The notes: a model not told the origin generated them from the letters alone. A DNA stretch of 64,000 bases from Candidatus Kaiserbacteria bacterium (GCA_963699165.1 OY969413.1:916562-980561), one strand, 5' to 3'; counted from the stretch's first letter, positions 54,510 to 64,000 are shown. Numbers and translations are program-made.

Positions 54510-55528
54510 CAATCGGGGAGAACGTTCCGCTCGCACCTCTCACGACTTTCGGCGTGGGAGGTGTTGCGCGTTTTTTTGCCGAAGCGCGGACGGAGAAAGA
54601 TATCATGAAGGCGGTGGCATTTGCCGCACAGCATGGCCTGTCTCTCTTTGCGCTCGGCAACGGAAGCAACGTGCTCGTGCCGGACAACGGCATCGAAGGC
54701 CTCGTGCTGAAAATTTCTTTGCGGGACAGTGTCGCGGAGGAGAGTAACGGGGTTGTACATCTTCGCGCGGGTGCGGGAACGTCATGGGACGCGGTTGTCG
54801 ACAAAGCATGCGCACGGGATGCTTTCGGGATTGAAAATCTCGCGGGCATTCCCGGAACTCTCGGTGGTGCGGCGGTGCAAAATATCGGGGCATATGGCGT
54901 CGATCTTTCGGCGGTATTCGAATATGCGGACGGCATCGATGCATCGACGAATTCTCCGCGGCGCATTTCCCTTGAAGAGGCCGCGTTCGGATACCGCACG
55001 AGTTATTTCAAACGGCATCCCGATTTCATCATTGCAACGGTCGCACTTCGGCTTAAGAAGCACGGTGCCGTGCAAATTGCATATGCCGACCTTGCCCGCG
55101 CACAAGCCGAAGGGGTGCCGCTTACGACGCCGCGCGAAGTCGCGGATGCGGTGCGGGCTATTCGCGCGGTGAAATTTCCGCACTCCGAGAACGAAGGCAC
55201 CGCGGGCTCATTCTTTAAAAATCCGGTCGTTTTCCGTGAACAAGCGGAGGCGCTGACGGCGAAATTTCCGGGCCTGCCGACATTTCCGCAAAAAAACGGA
55301 GACGTAAAATTGTCGCTCGCGTGGATTCTCGACCACGCGCTTTCGCTGAAAGGATATTCTTTCGGCCCGGTACGTTTGTTCGAGAAGCAGCCGCTCGTGA
55401 TTGTCGCGAAGCGCGGCGCAACTGCCGCAGACGTCGATGCGTTTGCAGCCGATGTTGCGAACCGCGTTTTTTCGGCGACCGGCATCGCGATTGAACGGGA
55501 GGTCGAAACATTCGGCGCGCAAAAATAA
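54506..55528 (+). CDS. murB: UDP-N-acetylenolpyruvoylglucosamine reductase (MurB).
   Basis: FAD-binding N-terminus (…VPLAPLTTFGVGGVARFF…), …NLAGIPGTLGGAAVQNIGAYG… and C-terminal MurB motifs. Confidence 0.85.
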   Translation: MTIGENVPLAPLTTFGVGGVARFFAEARTEKDIMKAVAFAAQHGLSLFALGNGSNVLVPDNGIEGLVLKISLRDSVAEESNGVVHLRAGAGTSWDAVVDKACARDAFGIENLAGIPGTLGGAAVQNIGAYGVDLSAVFEYADGIDASTNSPRRISLEEAAFGYRTSYFKRHPDFIIATVALRLKKHGAVQIAYADLARAQAEGVPLTTPREVADAVRAIRAVKFPHSENEGTAGSFFKNPVVFREQAEALTAKFPGLPTFPQKNGDVKLSLAWILDHALSLKGYSFGPVRLFEKQPLVIVAKRGATAADVDAFAADVANRVFSATGIAIEREVETFGAQK

Positions 55529-55744
55529 TTTTTTGAATTCGATTTTCGAAAAGTTATCCACACATAAAAAAATATTCATACACAAATAATTATTTACGCG
55601 CAATAATGTCTTCTAGAAACGTTTGTGCGTCCGCGCATAGACGGGTCGACATATAAATTATTTTAATCCACCACCACCATGGCAGCAAAAAAGAAGGCAA
55701 CAAAGAAGAAGGCAGCAAAAAAGCGCCGCTAGTTGCAAGAAAAA

Positions 55745-55772
55745 ATCCCGCTTCGGCGGGATTTTTCTTTTT
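55745..55772 (+). terminator. Strong rho-independent terminator.
   Basis: atcccgc-ttcg-gcgggat stem-loop followed by ttttcttttt. It lies after murB and after a 17-codon Lys-rich mini-ORF. Confidence 0.7.
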
Positions 55773-55807
55773 AGACCTCAACTCACATACATGGTATAAC
55801 TACGGGA

Positions 55808-58333
55808 ATGCTCGGATTGTCAGGTATCTTTTCGAAGAATCAATCCGCGGCCTTTCTGAAGGCCGCGGCGCCCGTCGTGGCGGCGGTGAACGCGTTTTCC
55901 GATGAACTGATACACGTTTCCGACGAGGAGGTGCAAAAGCGCGTTTTGGAGGTCCGCGAGCGTGCAGAGAAAGCCGGCGCAACGCCCGCGGCCGATATGC
56001 CGCTTGTATTTGCGCTTGTGCGCGAAGCGTCCCGCCGCACGCTTCGCCAGCCGCATTTCGACGTGCAGATGCTCGGAGGGCTTGCACTTGCGGAAGGCAA
56101 AATCGCCGAGATGCGAACCGGCGAGGGCAAGACGCTTGTAGCAACGCTGCCGGCAACGTTCCATGCGCTTTCAGGCAAAGGCGTGCAGGTTGTCACGGTA
56201 AACGATTATCTTGCGCGCCGCGACGCCGCATGGATGGGACAGGTGTATGCGTTTCTCCGTCTGTCCGTCGGCGTGGTCACTTCGACCGGTTCATATCGAT
56301 ACGATGCATCGCATGTCGCGAATGATGAAGATACGGAACGCGATGCCGAAGGTTCGTTTAAAGTTTTTTACGACTATCTTCGTCCCGCATCGAAGCACGA
56401 GGCCTACGCGTCCGACATTGTCTATGTCACCAACAACGAACTCGGCTTCGATTATTTGCGCGACAATACCGCATATGATGCGTCGCAAATCGTCCAGCGC
56501 GGCTACCACTACGCGATTATCGACGAAGTCGACTCCATTTTAATTGACGAAGCGCGCACCCCGCTCATTATTTCGGGTCCCGCGGGCGACTCGCAACAAC
56601 TCTATGAACGTTTTGCCGACATCGTGCGCGATATGAAGGAAGGCGTCGACTATACCATCGACGAAAAACAAAAAGCCATTCAGATTACCGAAGAGGGCAT
56701 GCATGTCGCCGAGGCGGCGCTCGGTCTTGAAAATCTCTACACCGAGGGCGGTATGAAATACGCGCATCATCTTGAGACGGCGGTGCGCGCCCAAGCGCTT
56801 TTCCATAAAGACAAGGAATACATCGTGCGCGACAACGAAATCGTAATCGTTGACGAGTTTACCGGCCGGTTGCAGCCCGGCCGCCGTTGGTCCGAAGGAT
56901 TGCATCAGGCAATCGAGGCGAAAGAGGGCGTAAAGGTGCAGGCGGAGACGCGCACATATGCAACCGTGACGTTTCAAAACTTGTTCCGCATGTATGAACG
57001 GCTTGCCGGCATGACCGGCACCGCGCTCTCGTCCGAAGAGGAATTTTATACGGTGTACAAACTCGAGGTTGTCGCCGTTCCGACCAATAAGTCGGTAGCC
57101 CGCAAGGACCACGATGACCTCATTTTCCAAACACAGGCGGGCAAGTATCGCGCCGTAGCTCGCGCCGTAAAGGAACGTCATTTGAAAGGGCAGCCCGTTT
57201 TGGTCGGCACGGTTTCAATCGAGGACAATGAGACGATAAGCGCCTATCTCGCCGAGGAAGGGGTCCCGCACGAGCTCTTGAACGCAAAAAATCACGAGCG
57301 GGAAGGCGAGATTATAGCCGAAGCGGGGAAGGAGGGGCGAGTGACGGTTGCCACGAACCTCGCGGGACGCGGCGTGGATATCAAGCTCGGGGGAGCGCTT
57401 GCTGCGAGCGAGGCGCGCGCCCGTGTCATCGAGAAGGGCGGACTTTCGGTTATCGGCACGGAACGTCACGACGCTCGGCGCATCGACAACCAGTTGCGCG
57501 GCCGTTCGGGACGCCAAGGCGATCCGGGAGAGACGAGATTCTACGTTTCTCTCGAGGACAAACTCATGCGGGTTTTCGCAACCGACACATTGAAAAAAGT
57601 GATGGGCCGGTTCGGCATTCCGGAAGACGAGCCGATTGAGAGCGCCATGATTACTCGTTCGCTCGAGACCGCCCAGGGTCGCATCGAAGGATTTAACTTC
57701 GATTCGCGCAAACAGGTTCTCGCCTACGACGATGTCATGAACACGCAACGTCTTGCTATTTATGCGCGCCGCCGCGCCGCATTGCTTGGGAGCGATGACG
57801 AAGTCGAAACGCTCGTACGGATGCTTCTCGGAGACGCCGAGGCGGCGCGGGCCGCATTCGACGCAAAAAAAACGGAACTTGGCGAAGCGTTCTTGCCGCA
57901 GCTGCGCCGGCTGCTTTTGCAGGTCATCGATACGTTTTGGCTGGAGCATCTTGAGACGATGGATTATTTGCGCCGTTCGGTCTCGCTTCGCGCCTACGGC
58001 CAGCGCGACCCTCTGATTGAGTACCGCAGGGAAGGGCTCATTCGTTTTCGACAACTCGAAGAGGGCATACGCAATTCGTTTGCGGAGGCATTGCCGCACC
58101 TGTTTTCGGTCGAAGATGCCCGCGTCCGCGCCGAAGAGGAGAGAACCCGCGCAATGCTTGAAGCCGCCGGCAAAGAAGATGCGGGTACGCCGGTTATGCA
58201 ACCGAAAAAAGCCGAACACGGCCGAAACGATTTTGTTACGATACAAAAGGGAAATGAGACACTGACGCTCAAGTTCAAAAAAGCAGAGTCCTTATTGGCG
58301 GAAGGTTGGCGAATATCGGACGGCCGCAAGTAA
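55808..58333 (+). CDS. secA: Preprotein translocase ATPase SecA.
   Basis: Full-length SecA with DEAD-motor motifs (…MRTGEGKTLVATLPA…, …IDEVDSILIDEARTPLIISG…, …MTGTA…, …VLVGT…ATNLAGRGVDIKLGG…). Confidence 0.95.
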   Translation: MLGLSGIFSKNQSAAFLKAAAPVVAAVNAFSDELIHVSDEEVQKRVLEVRERAEKAGATPAADMPLVFALVREASRRTLRQPHFDVQMLGGLALAEGKIAEMRTGEGKTLVATLPATFHALSGKGVQVVTVNDYLARRDAAWMGQVYAFLRLSVGVVTSTGSYRYDASHVANDEDTERDAEGSFKVFYDYLRPASKHEAYASDIVYVTNNELGFDYLRDNTAYDASQIVQRGYHYAIIDEVDSILIDEARTPLIISGPAGDSQQLYERFADIVRDMKEGVDYTIDEKQKAIQITEEGMHVAEAALGLENLYTEGGMKYAHHLETAVRAQALFHKDKEYIVRDNEIVIVDEFTGRLQPGRRWSEGLHQAIEAKEGVKVQAETRTYATVTFQNLFRMYERLAGMTGTALSSEEEFYTVYKLEVVAVPTNKSVARKDHDDLIFQTQAGKYRAVARAVKERHLKGQPVLVGTVSIEDNETISAYLAEEGVPHELLNAKNHEREGEIIAEAGKEGRVTVATNLAGRGVDIKLGGALAASEARARVIEKGGLSVIGTERHDARRIDNQLRGRSGRQGDPGETRFYVSLEDKLMRVFATDTLKKVMGRFGIPEDEPIESAMITRSLETAQGRIEGFNFDSRKQVLAYDDVMNTQRLAIYARRRAALLGSDDEVETLVRMLLGDAEAARAAFDAKKTELGEAFLPQLRRLLLQVIDTFWLEHLETMDYLRRSVSLRAYGQRDPLIEYRREGLIRFRQLEEGIRNSFAEALPHLFSVEDARVRAEEERTRAMLEAAGKEDAGTPVMQPKKAEHGRNDFVTIQKGNETLTLKFKKAESLLAEGWRISDGRK

Positions 58334-58369
58334 GAGGATGTTTTTTGCCTAATGTGCTAGGGTACGTTT

Positions 58370-59344
58370 ATGGCATTTGTTGATGAGGCAAGAATATATG
58401 CGAAGTCCGGGAAAGGCGGCGACGGAGTCATTCGCTGGCTGCGCAATAAGGAAACCGCGCGAGGCGGTCCGTCTGGCGGCGATGGCGGCCGCGGCGGCAA
58501 CGTTATCTTAATCGGTGTTCGGGATTTAGCTGCGCTTGCGCACTATCGTCACGAAAAAAAATTTCATGCGGAGAACGGTGAAGCGGGAAAAGGGGAATTA
58601 AAACACGGCGCGGATGGGGCTGATCTTCTTCTCAAGGTGCCGGTCGGTACCGTGGCTCGCGTTGTTGAGTCGGGGGAGGAGTACGAAATAACCGAGGAAG
58701 ACGAACGAATCACGGTATTTGCCGGAGGCGTTGGAGGGAAGGGAAATGCGCGCTTCAAAAGCTCTACAAACCAGAATCCTTTTCAGCAAACAGCAGGCAA
58801 ACAGGGGCAGGGTGGGGATATCGAACTTACCTTAAAAATCATTGCTGATGCGGGCCTCGTGGGTCTTCCAAATGCGGGCAAGTCGTCTCTTCTTAACGCT
58901 CTCACACGGGCAAAATCAAAGATTGGCACCTATCCGTTCACGACCATAGAGCCGCACCTCGGCGATTATTATGGGTACATTTTGGCAGATATCCCCGGCC
59001 TTATAGAAGGCGCCTCGTCTGGGCGAGGTCTTGGTATTAAGTTCCTAAAACACGTAGAAAGGACTGGAATCTTATTACATCTCGTCTCGGCAGACCAAGA
59101 TGACCCTTTCAAGGCATACAGGGAAGTACGCAATGAGATAGAACTTTTCGGGCACGGATTGTCGGAGAAGCGGGAAATTATCGTTCTTTCTAAAGCGGAT
59201 CTTATCTCGCCAAAGGAGTGTGACTCAAAAATTAAGGCCCTTACTCGGGACACGGGGAGGGAGGTGCTTTCAATCTCGATTGAGGATCCGGTCTCTCTAA
59301 AAACATTCTCCCAAAAGCTTTCCGGGATTCTGAAGAAGTCCTAA
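58370..59344 (+). CDS. obg: GTPase Obg/CgtA.
   Basis: Gly-rich Obg fold N-terminus (MAFVDEARIYAKSGKGGDGVIRWLR…GGPSGGDGGRGGNV…) and G-domain motifs (GLPNAGKSSLL, DIPGLIEGA, SKADL). Confidence 0.9.
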   Translation: MAFVDEARIYAKSGKGGDGVIRWLRNKETARGGPSGGDGGRGGNVILIGVRDLAALAHYRHEKKFHAENGEAGKGELKHGADGADLLLKVPVGTVARVVESGEEYEITEEDERITVFAGGVGGKGNARFKSSTNQNPFQQTAGKQGQGGDIELTLKIIADAGLVGLPNAGKSSLLNALTRAKSKIGTYPFTTIEPHLGDYYGYILADIPGLIEGASSGRGLGIKFLKHVERTGILLHLVSADQDDPFKAYREVRNEIELFGHGLSEKREIIVLSKADLISPKECDSKIKALTRDTGREVLSISIEDPVSLKTFSQKLSGILKKS

Positions 59345-59428
59345 CGGTACCTTTTGCGATATTCGAGAGGACATTGTGAGAGTTGGCATTTCCGGCTGGG
59401 TGCTGCATACTGCCTCTATAAAAACACT

Positions 59429-60844
59429 ATGAGGTACACCCCGACAATCGGTCTTGAAATTCACGCGGAACTTAAGACGCGAACAAAAATGTTCTGTGAT
59501 TCTGCAAATGACCCGAATGAGGTCAGGCCGAACGTTAATGTTTGTCCGGTATGCATGGCGCATCCGGGCACATTGCCCATCATTAATCGCGAAGCGGTCC
59601 GGCATGTGCTGCGAGTGGGTGCCGCACTTAACGGCAAGCTTGCGGACTTCAGCGAATTCGATCGCAAAAGTTATTTTTATCCGGATATCCCGAAAGGGTA
59701 TCAAATTAGTCAGTATGAACATCCGCTTATTACCGGCGGGGAATTGTCGGGCGTTGCAATAACGCGCGTGCATCTTGAGGAAGATACGGCACGGTCAATC
59801 CACTCGCATGGTACGAGCACGGTTGATTTTAATCGCGCCGGTATTCCGCTTATGGAACTTGTAACGGAACCCGTCATACATGATGCTGAAACGGCAGGTC
59901 GTTTTGCGCGCGAGTTGCAACTTCTTTTGCGTACGCTACAGGCCGGAGAAGCTAATCTTGAGAAGGGCGAAATGCGAATCGAAGCGAATATTTCCGTTTC
60001 TTCAGTGGATGGGATATTGGGAACAAAGGTGGAAGTAAAAAATTTAAATTCATTCCGTTCGGTTGAGCGAGCAATCGCACATGAGATTGAGCGGCAAAGT
60101 ACTTTGATTGAAAACGGAGGAAATGTCGTGCAGGAGACGCGCGGATGGAACGAGGCAAAACAAGAAACCTTCCATCAACGGTTCAAAGAGGGAAGCGCCG
60201 ACTATCGGTATTTTCCCGAGCCGGATTTGCCGAAGCTTTTGCTCTCGGACATTCCCGAATTTTCTTCAAAGACAATACGCGATTCGTTGCCTGAACTTCC
60301 CTGGGAGCGAAGTGCGCGTTACGTTCAAATATACGGACTGAAAGAAAGTGATGCGGCGTATCTTTGTTCGAGTCCCGAACGTTCGATATTTTTCGATGCG
60401 GTTACCGTAAAGCTCGAGAATAATATTCCTCAAATAGTGCTCGCTGTGAATTACATTGTTTCGGATCTTGCAGGTATATACGCGAAGCGCGGCGAAGAGG
60501 CATTCGCGGAATTCAACGCGTCGGCGTTTGCGAAACTCATTCGGCTTGTCAGCTCGGAAGTGCTCTCTTCGCGCGGGGCAAAAAATGTCTTGCAGATATT
60601 GGTAGAACAAGGAGGTGACCCGGAGGCAATCGCGAAGGAGCAAGGTCTTATCCAGATTAACGATGCTAAAGCATTGGGCGCAACGGTGGATGCCGTCCTG
60701 GCTAAGGAAGTAAAGGCAGTACAAGAATATAGGGACGGGAAACAGGCAGCGCTCCAATATCTTGTGGGAAAGGCAATGAAAGAAAGTCGAGGTGCGGGCA
60801 ATCCCGAGAACCTTCGAAAATTACTCGTTGAGAAGATTGGATAA
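59429..60844 (+). CDS. gatB: Aspartyl/glutamyl-tRNA(Asn/Gln) amidotransferase subunit B.
   Basis: MRYTPTIGLEIHAELKTRTKMFC…NVCPVCMAHPGTLP… and the C-terminal GatB/YqeY domain. The start at 59429 is preferred over the 59354 extension. Confidence 0.9.
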   Translation: MRYTPTIGLEIHAELKTRTKMFCDSANDPNEVRPNVNVCPVCMAHPGTLPIINREAVRHVLRVGAALNGKLADFSEFDRKSYFYPDIPKGYQISQYEHPLITGGELSGVAITRVHLEEDTARSIHSHGTSTVDFNRAGIPLMELVTEPVIHDAETAGRFARELQLLLRTLQAGEANLEKGEMRIEANISVSSVDGILGTKVEVKNLNSFRSVERAIAHEIERQSTLIENGGNVVQETRGWNEAKQETFHQRFKEGSADYRYFPEPDLPKLLLSDIPEFSSKTIRDSLPELPWERSARYVQIYGLKESDAAYLCSSPERSIFFDAVTVKLENNIPQIVLAVNYIVSDLAGIYAKRGEEAFAEFNASAFAKLIRLVSSEVLSSRGAKNVLQILVEQGGDPEAIAKEQGLIQINDAKALGATVDAVLAKEVKAVQEYRDGKQAALQYLVGKAMKESRGAGNPENLRKLLVEKIG

Positions 60845-60898
60845 TCGTAATGTGCACAACCACTTTGATACGAGCCGAGATATGTTTATACTGTAGGC

Positions 60899-61663
60899 AT
60901 GGATGAGATTCTTATAGACGAAAAAAAATACATATCGTCCAAACGAGCAGCCAAAATAACCGGTTACGCTAAGGACTATGTCGGACAGCTCTGTCGCGAA
61001 GGAAGGGTTCCTGCGCGTCTTGTTGGGCGCAGCTGGTACGTACTTGATACGGCGATCCACGACCATCGCTTCGGAAACGGGAAATCCGAGGAAGAAATAA
61101 AGGCAAATACCAGGCCAGAGCGTCCGGCGCTAACATCTTCTTGGGCAAACCCGCGTTACGAGGCGGCCAAAACTGACGTTTTACCACCGGTAAAAAGGCA
61201 CTATAAAGAAGAACATATCCCACCAGTTGAGACGCCAGCACAAGCGCCCGCGACGCTACAAGAGTCCTGGAGGGACTGGTTCAAAGAAGTTGCTGAAGTC
61301 GAACCTCAAAAATTAGTGGCAGAGCGTATGGATATTCCTGAGAAAACGGAATCGAATGCCGATTATTCAGCCGCGCCGGAAGAAGCCGGCGAAATAATAA
61401 TACCCATACGCGGCTATCGAACTCCACCTGAAGCGCTTTTGCCGAAAAATAAGGCATTTCATCATGATGAGAGTCCTGAAGAGCGGATAATACCAAAAAA
61501 AGAGTCCAGGAGAACTTTAGCAATCATTCGGATCTGCTTTTCGTCGTTTGCCATACTTTCGATTTCCGTAGCAGCAATCGGTACCGGATATTTTGATTCG
61601 CGTATCTCATCGTATCCAGGAATACGGGTTATTACAGGTGTTTCGTACTACGTTCAGAAATAG
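60899..61663 (+). CDS. Membrane-anchored protein with an N-terminal excisionase/MerR-like HTH domain and a C-terminal TM helix.
   Basis: The N-terminus KKYISSKRAAKITGYAKDYVGQLCREGRVPARLVGRSWYV is an HTH_17/excisionase-type motif. The C-terminal hydrophobic helix is LAIIRICFSSFAILSISVAAIG. It is paralogous at the N-terminus to the next gene. Confidence 0.5.
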   Translation: MDEILIDEKKYISSKRAAKITGYAKDYVGQLCREGRVPARLVGRSWYVLDTAIHDHRFGNGKSEEEIKANTRPERPALTSSWANPRYEAAKTDVLPPVKRHYKEEHIPPVETPAQAPATLQESWRDWFKEVAEVEPQKLVAERMDIPEKTESNADYSAAPEEAGEIIIPIRGYRTPPEALLPKNKAFHHDESPEERIIPKKESRRTLAIIRICFSSFAILSISVAAIGTGYFDSRISSYPGIRVITGVSYYVQK

Positions 61664-61982
61664 CTTATATTAAAGAGTTCTCGTCTCGCCTAAACGTGAT
61701 TCATAAAGCAAGAGTACTTAAGTACCCGGATTTCAATCTGTAGAGCCGTCGTCCAAAGCGTGTGAGCAATATAATATCCGGAATGTATTCCAATTGAATG
61801 ACATTAAGCGAGAGTATTTGCAGAGATCCACTCGGATTAGCCGATGCATTGCATATTCGGGGAATGAAGAGAAATTTTACGGATTTTTTTTGAAAGTTCA
61901 CCCGGATGCATCGTAGAACTTTCCGCCGGAACTTATCGTGCATTCGAGGTTTGTTTGGCAGATTCCGAAATAAGATTTTCGC

Positions 61983-62040
61983 GAAATTTTTCATATGAAT
62001 TCCGCATGAATCTTATCCACAGATTTGCATGAAAAATTTC
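61983..62040. promoter_or_regulatory. Perfect 12-bp inverted repeat (gaaatttttcat …34 nt… atgaaaaatttc) in an AT-rich leader about 50 nt upstream of the 62092 start. It is a candidate operator.
   Basis: The arms are at 61983..61994 and 62029..62040. The surrounding ~430-bp intergenic region (61664..62091) is visibly more AT-rich than the rest of the window. Confidence 0.3.
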
Positions 62041-62091
62041 TAGGAAACGCCGAAATGATTAGTTATTATTTACTTAATTCGGCTAACCAAC

Positions 62092-64000
62092 ATGGATCCT
62101 TTACTCCAGAAAAAATTCATTACGACAAAGGAAGCTCGGGAGCTTTCCGGATACACTTCGGATTATCTTGCGCGACTTGCGCGCTCAGGAAAACTTATAG
62201 GCAGCAGGGTCGGAAATAGTTGGTTGATTGAAATAGAATCGCTCACCGAATTTCTCGACCACCAGGGCAATGACAAGATTGTTCGTGCGCGCGCACTTGC
62301 GCGTGCACGCGAAGCAGAGTATCGCGCTCACCGGTCGACGGCGCGGCGCGCAACGAGTGCATTGGCGAATAAATTCAAAACCGCTAAGCATGTTGACATC
62401 ACTCAGGTCTCATTGCGCTCCCATGTTGTCGCTCTATCGATTGCATTTGCCGTTATTGCTTTGGGAGCAGCTATTGCGAAATCCGCGGCGCTGCCGAAAG
62501 TTGCGGCCGACGCGGTATCGATTGCCTCGGAAATTTCTTCCGGATTTGATGATGCGTTTCTTGACGGCATTTCTTCCAACATAGTCGCGAATATAGATGC
62601 AGCTAAGAATTCCGAACAGACAGCCCCCGCGCATTTAGCAATTACAAATCCGACAACCTCGCTTGTTGTACCCGCGTCTCCCTTTCTCGCGAATGTCGCG
62701 ATTGCGCCTGTCGCGACCGGCACGGCGCCGATTTCAACCCGAGAAACTTTCCATGCAAAGACGCGCGTTACATCAGCTTTTCTTGCTACATCGCAGCTTT
62801 CTCCATATGTTCTTACGCAAACATACTTCGCGCTCGGGTTCGGTGCGTACAGTGAAATAATCAAATCGCTTTCGATCTACGAAACATGTATTGAGGATAC
62901 GGCAGTCGGGGTATTTCACTTCGGTATCGCGTCGCGTGATTTTATCGCAGCAATACCGAAGTCGGCTGTTCGCGCAGATGTTGCATTTGGCAACGCGCTC
63001 ATCGAGGCGACGCACGCTCTCATACATGCCGACGTGATACTTGCATATTGGATTGCCGCAACTGCTCCGGAAAGTGCACACGCAACCGTTTCTTTTTTGG
63101 GAAACACGGGCAATTTCTTTGCGATTTCTACCGCGCGAGCTCCGACGAGAATCGAAAGTTTGTATTCGGAAACGAATTCCATCCCGGCTGCCGTTATACC
63201 GCGCATTACGCAGATAGCGTTTGATGCCGGATATTTGGGCACATCCGTCATAGCCCATGTCGCTGAACCGTTTTCGGTTGACGTACCGGTGTCTCCGGAA
63301 AACAGGGGTGTGAAGGGCGGCGAACCGCTTGTTGCTTCCGCATTTGCCGCCGGACCCGCTCTTTCCTTCGGACAACAGACAGCGCTGACGACATACAACA
63401 CGTTCTCCGCTCTGTTTGGTTCGACAATCCGCGTGATTGGGGATGTTTTTGCCCCGCTTCCGGTCGTCATTGGAACGGCGGAAACATCGTCAGCGGTTTC
63501 GAGGCCGGTTGTTGTGGCTACGACCACTACTAAAAATTCTTCGACCACTCGCGTTGTCGCGATGTCTTCGTATCCGACGTATACTACAGTCGTAAACGGC
63601 GTTTCGCAAAATCTTTTGAACCAGTCGCTTGCGACACTTCGCGCCTATATCCTTTCGACAGTCGCCGGCGAAATCCAGCCGATAGCCGTGCAGGGGGCCA
63701 CTAACGAGACCACCATTCAGGAGGTGAACATGATTCAAGATATTTCGAACCTTACGGTTCGCAACGGCACCTTCATCGGAGGGACGTTTAATGGCAGCAA
63801 CATTGCAACGAACGAGTTCACGGTAAATGGAATTGCGACATCTACTTTCGCGAATGGCATAAATATTTCAAGCGGATGTTTTGCCGTGAACGGTGTTTGC
63901 ATCGGTTCTGGAACGGGATCCGGCACCGTAGGAAGCGGTGCGGCGGGGGAATTTGCGTATTATGCGGCTGACGGCACGATACTTTCCGCGACGTCCTCGT
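62092..64000 (+). CDS. Large membrane-anchored protein with an N-terminal HTH-like domain (paralogous to the 60899 gene), one TM helix and a long Ser/Thr/Ala/Gly-rich, probably extracellular, region. The 3' end runs off the window.
   Basis: Translation from ATG 62092 is uninterrupted to the window end: MDPLLQKKFITTKEARELSGYTSDYLARLARSGKLIGSRVGNSWLIEIESL… with a TM helix (…VVALSIAFAVIALGAAIA…). It then becomes low-complexity and beta-rich (…GTGSGTVGSGAAGEFAYYAADGTILSATSS). It is not in the ORF track because there is no stop. The –-strand ORFs at 62403..63548 are antisense artefacts. Confidence 0.55.
   Translation, partial: MDPLLQKKFITTKEARELSGYTSDYLARLARSGKLIGSRVGNSWLIEIESLTEFLDHQGNDKIVRARALARAREAEYRAHRSTARRATSALANKFKTAKHVDITQVSLRSHVVALSIAFAVIALGAAIAKSAALPKVAADAVSIASEISSGFDDAFLDGISSNIVANIDAAKNSEQTAPAHLAITNPTTSLVVPASPFLANVAIAPVATGTAPISTRETFHAKTRVTSAFLATSQLSPYVLTQTYFALGFGAYSEIIKSLSIYETCIEDTAVGVFHFGIASRDFIAAIPKSAVRADVAFGNALIEATHALIHADVILAYWIAATAPESAHATVSFLGNTGNFFAISTARAPTRIESLYSETNSIPAAVIPRITQIAFDAGYLGTSVIAHVAEPFSVDVPVSPENRGVKGGEPLVASAFAAGPALSFGQQTALTTYNTFSALFGSTIRVIGDVFAPLPVVIGTAETSSAVSRPVVVATTTTKNSSTTRVVAMSSYPTYTTVVNGVSQNLLNQSLATLRAYILSTVAGEIQPIAVQGATNETTIQEVNMIQDISNLTVRNGTFIGGTFNGSNIATNEFTVNGIATSTFANGINISSGCFAVNGVCIGSGTGSGTVGSGAAGEFAYYAADGTILSATSS

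Noticed and set aside
52533-54536. –-strand 667-aa ORF, and similar long antisense ORFs (6420..7382, 7590..8300, 43945..44922, 48095..49228, 57215..58246).
   Set aside because: They are Arg-rich nonsense translations antisense to well-supported genes (O-antigen ligase, VirD4-like, DegT, NeuB, SecA). Such ORFs are typical frame artefacts of GC-rich DNA.
1-64000. CRISPR arrays, rRNA genes.
   Set aside because: No regularly spaced short direct repeats and no rRNA-like conserved stretches were seen in any intergenic region. The only tandem repeat, at 11851..12001, is a two-copy in-frame duplication, not a CRISPR array.

Overview
The window is GC-rich, gene-dense and bacterial, and most genes sit on the + strand with 4-bp start/stop overlaps. 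It has five parts:

- **1–4100**: the inner end of a prophage-like block on the – strand, with a terminase large subunit running off the window start, a small HTH/terminase-small-like protein, two DNA methyltransferases (one fused to a ParB-like nuclease domain) and a hypothetical protein.
- **4100–4730**: about 630 bp of non-coding DNA containing a strong hairpin.
- **4730–9761**: core genes (rsmI), a VirD4/TraD-like P-loop ATPase with a long Pro/Ala/Gln-rich tail, and a secreted ComEA-like HhH–PKD–LTD protein.
- **About 9.7–55.5 kb**: a very large cell-surface glycan biosynthesis island. It holds GT4, GT2, GT9 and an exostosin/GT47-like glycosyltransferase, several SAM-dependent methyltransferases, GtrA-like proteins, nucleotide-sugar epimerases and dehydrogenases, a GT-C-like membrane protein, an IS481-like insertion, a standalone GIY-YIG nuclease, and a GT2 gene carrying an in-frame TGA. 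Further along are a nonulosonic-acid (NeuB/NeuA-type) sub-cluster preceded by an N-acetyl-sugar amidotransferase plus amidase pair, an ABC exporter and an O-antigen-ligase/TPR protein. A –-strand three-gene operon resembling a split ATP-citrate lyase / citryl-CoA synthetase plus lyase is embedded in the island.
- **55.5–64 kb**: housekeeping genes murB, secA, obg and gatB, then two paralogous membrane-anchored proteins with an N-terminal HTH-like domain. The second is S/T-rich, runs off the window end, and follows an AT-rich leader with a perfect 12-bp inverted repeat.

I recognised no rRNA, tRNA or CRISPR array with confidence. All functional calls come from motif-level reading of the translated ORFs, not from database searches.
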